A DNA stretch of 64,000 nt from Vicugna vicugna (Eukaryota), in the NCBI GenBank assembly GCA_013265495.1, contig MU057809.1, positions 981,062-1,045,061 of the forward strand, read 5' to 3'. This document shows positions 59,461-64,000 of this stretch, piece after piece. The notes beneath the pieces are model-generated. The model did not search any database. It worked only from the letters and a program-made list of their open reading frames with translations, and was not told the DNA's origin. Within the stretch, counting starts at the first letter, position 1, and each line of letters begins with the position of its first letter. The position numbers and the translations under genes are program-made.

Positions 59461-61669
59461 GAAGGACTCGTTTTGGAAGAGGATTATACTATGACTGTGA
59501 CTCACAGGCGATATTACAGAACATATAAACAAAATGATGTCTGTGTCCAATTAGAAAGCAAAGTGGCAGCAACTAGTCACCAGCATGAATTCGCTAAGAA
59601 TGAGATTTACATAAATTAACATTTCCACCTCTGAGCCATAGATTGCTGTATAAGTACATGGTGTATTATGAGAACACTCATCCACCCCCAGCCTCGTTCC
59701 AGAGGAGGCCCAAGGTGAATCTCAGCACCTCCAGGCCCGGTTCCCGACATGCTGATGAACACAAGGAGGTCCAAGGACAAAGAGAACAGCTCAGTGAAGA
59801 CTGCCCGGTGTCACCGGGTCACATCCAAGCCCCGCCCCGCCCCGCCCCTGGACAGCAGAGCGGCCGGCAGGGCTCCAGCAATCACCCGAAGACCCGCTGG
59901 CCCGTCTCAGCTGGGGTGGAGCCACCCGGCACATGGCCCGGCACCCTGGGCCCGTCCAGCGCCTCAGCGATCACAGAGGTGCCTGCCAGTCACTGGGCAG
60001 CACAAAATGAGGCAGCACATCTCCTCAAGGGCAGAATCAAGGTCCGTAAACCACTCTGCGGGGGAGGAAAGGAGGGGAGGGAAACGACGGGCTAAGGGCC
60101 AGGCCGCGGAAACAGGGCCGCGGCACGTGCGGCCAATCGGCACGAGCCTGCGACCAGCTCCGTCTGCAGTCAGCGAGGCCTCCAGTCAGTGGCCGGAGAG
60201 CTGCGCACGTCTCCGTGGAAGAGGAGGCCCCAGAGTCAGCGGGGACGGTCAGGGTTCACTCCTTCGATGACTTTGGTACAACCACAAGCCCCCTCGTGTG
60301 CGGAATCTCCACGCCAGCAAGCAAAGTCCCGGCCGAGTCAGCAGTGCCGGCCGCGCAGCCACTTCCGTCCAGGCACGCACGCTGCTGCAGCCCTGACCTG
60401 GGCGCAGTGACCGCCAGAGAAGCAGGCACCAGCCTCCCGCTCCAGCACCATCGAATCCGGACCTCACCCTGCTGCCCACCAGCAGCAACTCAGCCAAACC
60501 ACTTCATGGAAATGAATTACATGGGTCCCCAGACACGTGTAAATAAAATGAAGAAATTTCAAATTTACAGTTGCTGCCTTCGAATGCTTCCTCCCAGCTC
60601 AGGCAGGATTAAAAGGACTTCAAAGCAGCCTGGGCTCCAATTAAGCCAGTGTGACCACCCCAGGGAGGCTGGAATAGTCCTCTGATTAACAAGAGGCGCT
60701 CTTTGAACTGTTTGAGCTAAAAAAAGCTCTGAGAACCTTTCAAACAAATGCCATCATTTTCTCTCCCTGTTCCCTCACCCTTTGGAAAAGTTGATCTTTT
60801 GAATGCTTCAAACATTGAAAAAGAAGGCTGGGTAACGGCCCCAAACAGGCCTTCAGCCAGGAGCTCAGAACAGTGGTGGTGAGCAGGTGGCTTAGGACGT
60901 AACTGGACACAAGCAGGCCACCTCCAGGAGGTGAGCGCGCTGCCAGCCTGGGCCCACCCGGCGCAGGTCCCCCCACAAGTGGAGCAAAGCCGCGAGCCAG
61001 GGGAGAGATCTGAGCAGAGCCAGGTCTGGCCGGAGCTGGGGCCTTCCTCCAGAGATGAGCCCCAGTGACGAGGGCCTCCAGCAGAAAGAGGCAGAGCCGC
61101 CGCCCACGAGAACAGCCGTTGGGGTGGACACCCAAGCTGGAATCCGCAGAGCACACAGAGGAAGCAATGGCAGCTCACACAGCCAAGGTGACACAGGAAA
61201 GGCCCACACGAGCTCGGGACGTCAAACCACTCGCAGCACCACAGGCAGAAGGTAAACATGGAGACGACTGCAGGTGTGTCACACCCTGGGCAGCAGGTGT
61301 GTGGGAGCGGGCACCTGAACCAGTGCCTGTCCCCACAGCCTATGAGGCGCCTTCAGGGCCCCGCTCCCGCCCTGGCTCAGCCCTCGCGGATGTGACAGGC
61401 AGTGCGGACGTGACCGGCAGCGCAGACCCCGCCAGCCCACCCACGAGGCCCCTTGCAGCAGAGGCAGCAGACTGCACAGCTGCACAGCAAGAAGGGGGCT
61501 GAGGGCCGAGTCAGCTTCTAGGGACGCAGTCCAAAGCGACGCGGGAACAAAGGGCTGCGGCGAGACCCCAGAGGAGGCGTCCTCACCAGTGAGGCGCTCC
61601 AAACCTGCCGGAGAGAGGTCTCAGACCCTTGGCAAAGCAGCAGGTCCCCGAGGGGGCCCCCGGCTGGCT

Positions 61670-61730
61670 GAGCAGCCCTGGGCAAGTTATCGCACCTTCC
61701 CAGCTTCAGTCTATCCACACTGAAGGCCTG
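61670..61730 (+). mobile_element. MIR core fragment
   Basis: ccctgggcaagttatcgcaccttcccagcttcagtct. Confidence 0.55.
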
Positions 61731-61959
61731 GGACACGGCGAACAGGACCTTTCATCCCGACAGAAGATTCTGTTTCCAAAAATGAAGTGTCCTAGGAACC
61801 TGTCCGCGGCGACAAGAACGAGGTAGGAGAGCCGCCCAGCGAGGCAGAGCTTCCATGCAGAGCGTCCCTGAGGCCCAAACGTACGAGGGGAGCTCTCGAG
61901 AAGTCAAGGCAAGCCAGAGTTGGGGGCCGAGAGCAGAGGCCAGCACGCGCAGCCCCTAC

Positions 61960-62420
61960 GGTGTGGGAAAGACCCAGGGTTTCCCCCCAAGTGTGCTGGC
62001 ACGCAACTGGGGGGCTTAAGTGCAGAAAGGCACGGTCCTATTTGCTTTAAAAAGAGACGTGTCCCAAACGTTCATGCTGTTAATAACCGGAAGAACTAGA
62101 GACAGCCTGAATATCTCAACGGCAGGGCAATGGCGGGACATCCACAGGATGGCCCCTGGGGCCTTTACAGAGGAGGCCACACGTGTTTTTAGAAACGGGT
62201 ACTAAGGTCATGACACCGAAGGTAAGGCTACACAGCCATGGGCTTGGAGCCATTTCTGAAAGTCCACGTGCGGAGGGTGAAGGCCGGCACAGGTCAGCAG
62301 GAGGCTCGGAAGAGCGCGGACCTCTCGGGGCTGGGACTGCGAGCGACTGGTTCTCTTTTCTATCTGTCTTTTACTACTTTGTAAAGAACATCCTTTGTGA
62401 AATAAAATTAAAAACAGTTC
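61960..62420 (+). mobile_element. L1ME-like 3' fragments
   Basis: aaacgttcatgctgtt...actagagacagcctgaatatctcaacggcagggcaatgg, ending in an A-rich tgtgaaataaaattaaaaa. Confidence 0.55.
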
Positions 62421-63829
62421 TGCAGCTATGTTGCTCCACTGTGTTGTCAAGAAAAACATTTATCAACATGAACTGTTACTGACGTGATCTGCTAAGACCC
62501 AGAGCATGAGGCTACAGGGCATCGCCAGCCCCCGGCCGCCACCCTCACGGCAGGACGGGCGCCGCGATCCCCGCAGGCCCGGAGATGGGGCCCGCCCACG
62601 CAGGTCACAAGAACACAGACCATCAGCACTGGTCCCCGGGCCATGACGGGGGTCGGGGCTCAGGTGGCACCCACAGATGTACCCGTGTTCACAGCCAGTG
62701 TAAGAGTGGATGAAAGCAGAGGTGATTTTTTCCAAGATGACATGGAAGGCACCTTCCCTCTACTTCTCCCGCTGCACATACTCGAGGTATTAGGTTCAAG
62801 AAACCTTTAGGGTCCAAAGTCAAACTACTACATCCCAAATTACATCATTAGAACTTAGGTCTCAAGGGAACAAGGCAGCAAGAATCGCAAGCAAAGACGG
62901 GTGATGTTACAGCCAATTCACAGATGCGAAAATGCGTCTCTGGCAGCCATGTCCCCAGCAGCTGCTAAGGGGGTCCTACCTCCTCCTGTGAGGGCCGCTC
63001 TCACCGCACCTCCCCTGGCCCAGTGTCCTCTGGGCAGAGAACAGACCACGCCCAGGAGGGCACGGCTGCCCAAGTTCTTCCTCCAAGACAGCCCACGCCG
63101 CCAGACGCCTCTGCCGGCCCCTGGGATGTGGGGAGAGACGAAGAGACTGAGGAAGACGCATCCTGGGCCTGGAGGTGCCGGTGGCAACTGTGTGTTCTCC
63201 TCCTTGTGAGACAGACAGGCTGTACGTCACAGGAACGCAGGGCTCCGGGGCGGGGGCGGGGCTCCGGGGCAGAAAGGACGTACTACCCCATGTGCCCCAG
63301 GTTGTCTGGAGCAGTAAGGATAGGGCCAAGTCCCCACACCCTGAACGCAAGGACACCAGCCAGGGGTGTCCAAACAGCACCAGCCAGGCCTGGCTGCGTG
63401 CTCATCTCCCTAAGCCCGAGCCTCCACCACAAACACATCAGGCCTTCAGAAGGCCCGGGGCAGATCTCAATGGGCCCACTGTTGTGGCACCCTCTGCTCT
63501 ACAAAGCGTCGCCAAACTCAGGGCAGCCCGGTCCCCGGGATCTGCCCGTCTCCTCAGGACACACGCGGCCTTCTTGTTTCGCTGACCAAGCAGCACCGGT
63601 CCCAGGTCTTGGCCCCCTGTAAGCATGACCTTCCTCAAGTCACGCAGCCTGGGACAGATACTGAATGTTACCAAGAACATGGCGAATGCACTGCGAGCTA
63701 CAAATCACAGCTACTTCTGAGTGTGGGCAGACGCTGCACCACGCGGGCCCGCCGTAGCCACCGGCCAGCCAGGAGCCCTCACGGCAGCTGGTAATCGCTC
63801 CCCTCACCTCTTCCTGTGCCTTTTGCCTC

Positions 63830-64000
63830 ATCGCCAATTTCACCCTGAGCTCCAGACCCAGATCTCTCAAGTCACCAGACGATCAGGCCACCGGTCAAGC
63901 TGTCTTCAAGAGGAAGTCTTCCCCGGACCCCTCCTTCCTGCTCATGGACTGAAGACCCTCCTCCCTGCTGCACAGCTGTCACTCCCTCCTGTCACTGACA
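63830..64000 (+). mobile_element. LINE-2 fragment
   Basis: ccctgagctccagacccagatctctcaag matches L2 ctcctgagctccagaccca. Confidence 0.5.

Larger units (their letters stand above)
48116..64000 (-). other. MAD1L1: MAD1L1 intron upstream of the 87-nt exon (continues past the window end)
   Basis: The intron ends at the CAG acceptor at 48118-48116. The preceding exon (...WERLDQTMGLSIR) was not found. Confidence 0.85.

Noticed and set aside
61392-61428. Two diverged 18-bp direct repeats (GAYGTGACMGGCAGYGCR)
   Set aside because: Only two imperfect copies, an ordinary local duplication.
1-64000. Intronic snoRNA or miRNA genes and additional MAD1L1 coding exons
   Set aside because: I could not recognise any by eye. 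An Infernal/Rfam scan and tblastn with full-length MAD1 would settle it, and hits would overturn this.

Overview
This is mammalian genomic DNA: GC-rich, repeat-laden, with one 136-N gap. It is most likely from a camelid, because it carries a Vic-1-type tRNA-derived SINE. The whole window lies inside MAD1L1 (spindle-checkpoint protein MAD1) on the minus strand. Only one coding exon is present (48029-48115, 87 nt, phase 2/2, [28 protein letters not shown]; exon 11 in human numbering as I recall it). The rest is two large introns containing old L1, L2, MIR, LTR and DNA-transposon remnants, many strongly GC-shifted, plus several AT-rich motif-dense islands that look like enhancers. The best new lead is a near-perfect REST/RE1 site (7340-7360) 118 bp from a cryptic minus-strand exon (7478-7532). 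That exon ends ATG-AG|GTAAG, in frame with the next MAD1L1 exon, which suggests a REST-gated internal start for an N-terminally truncated MAD1. Other leads are a second in-frame cryptic exon (25856-25972) downstream of an L1 5'UTR, a four-half-site DR1 nuclear-receptor array formed inside an L1 remnant (16761-16787), a MIR-derived poison-exon candidate whose donor could be masked by a hairpin, and a young 59-bp higher-order VNTR carrying three CTCF-like motifs. Repeat family names come from my memory of consensus sequences and boundaries are approximate; no search was run. The six-frame ORFs are almost all spurious products of high GC.
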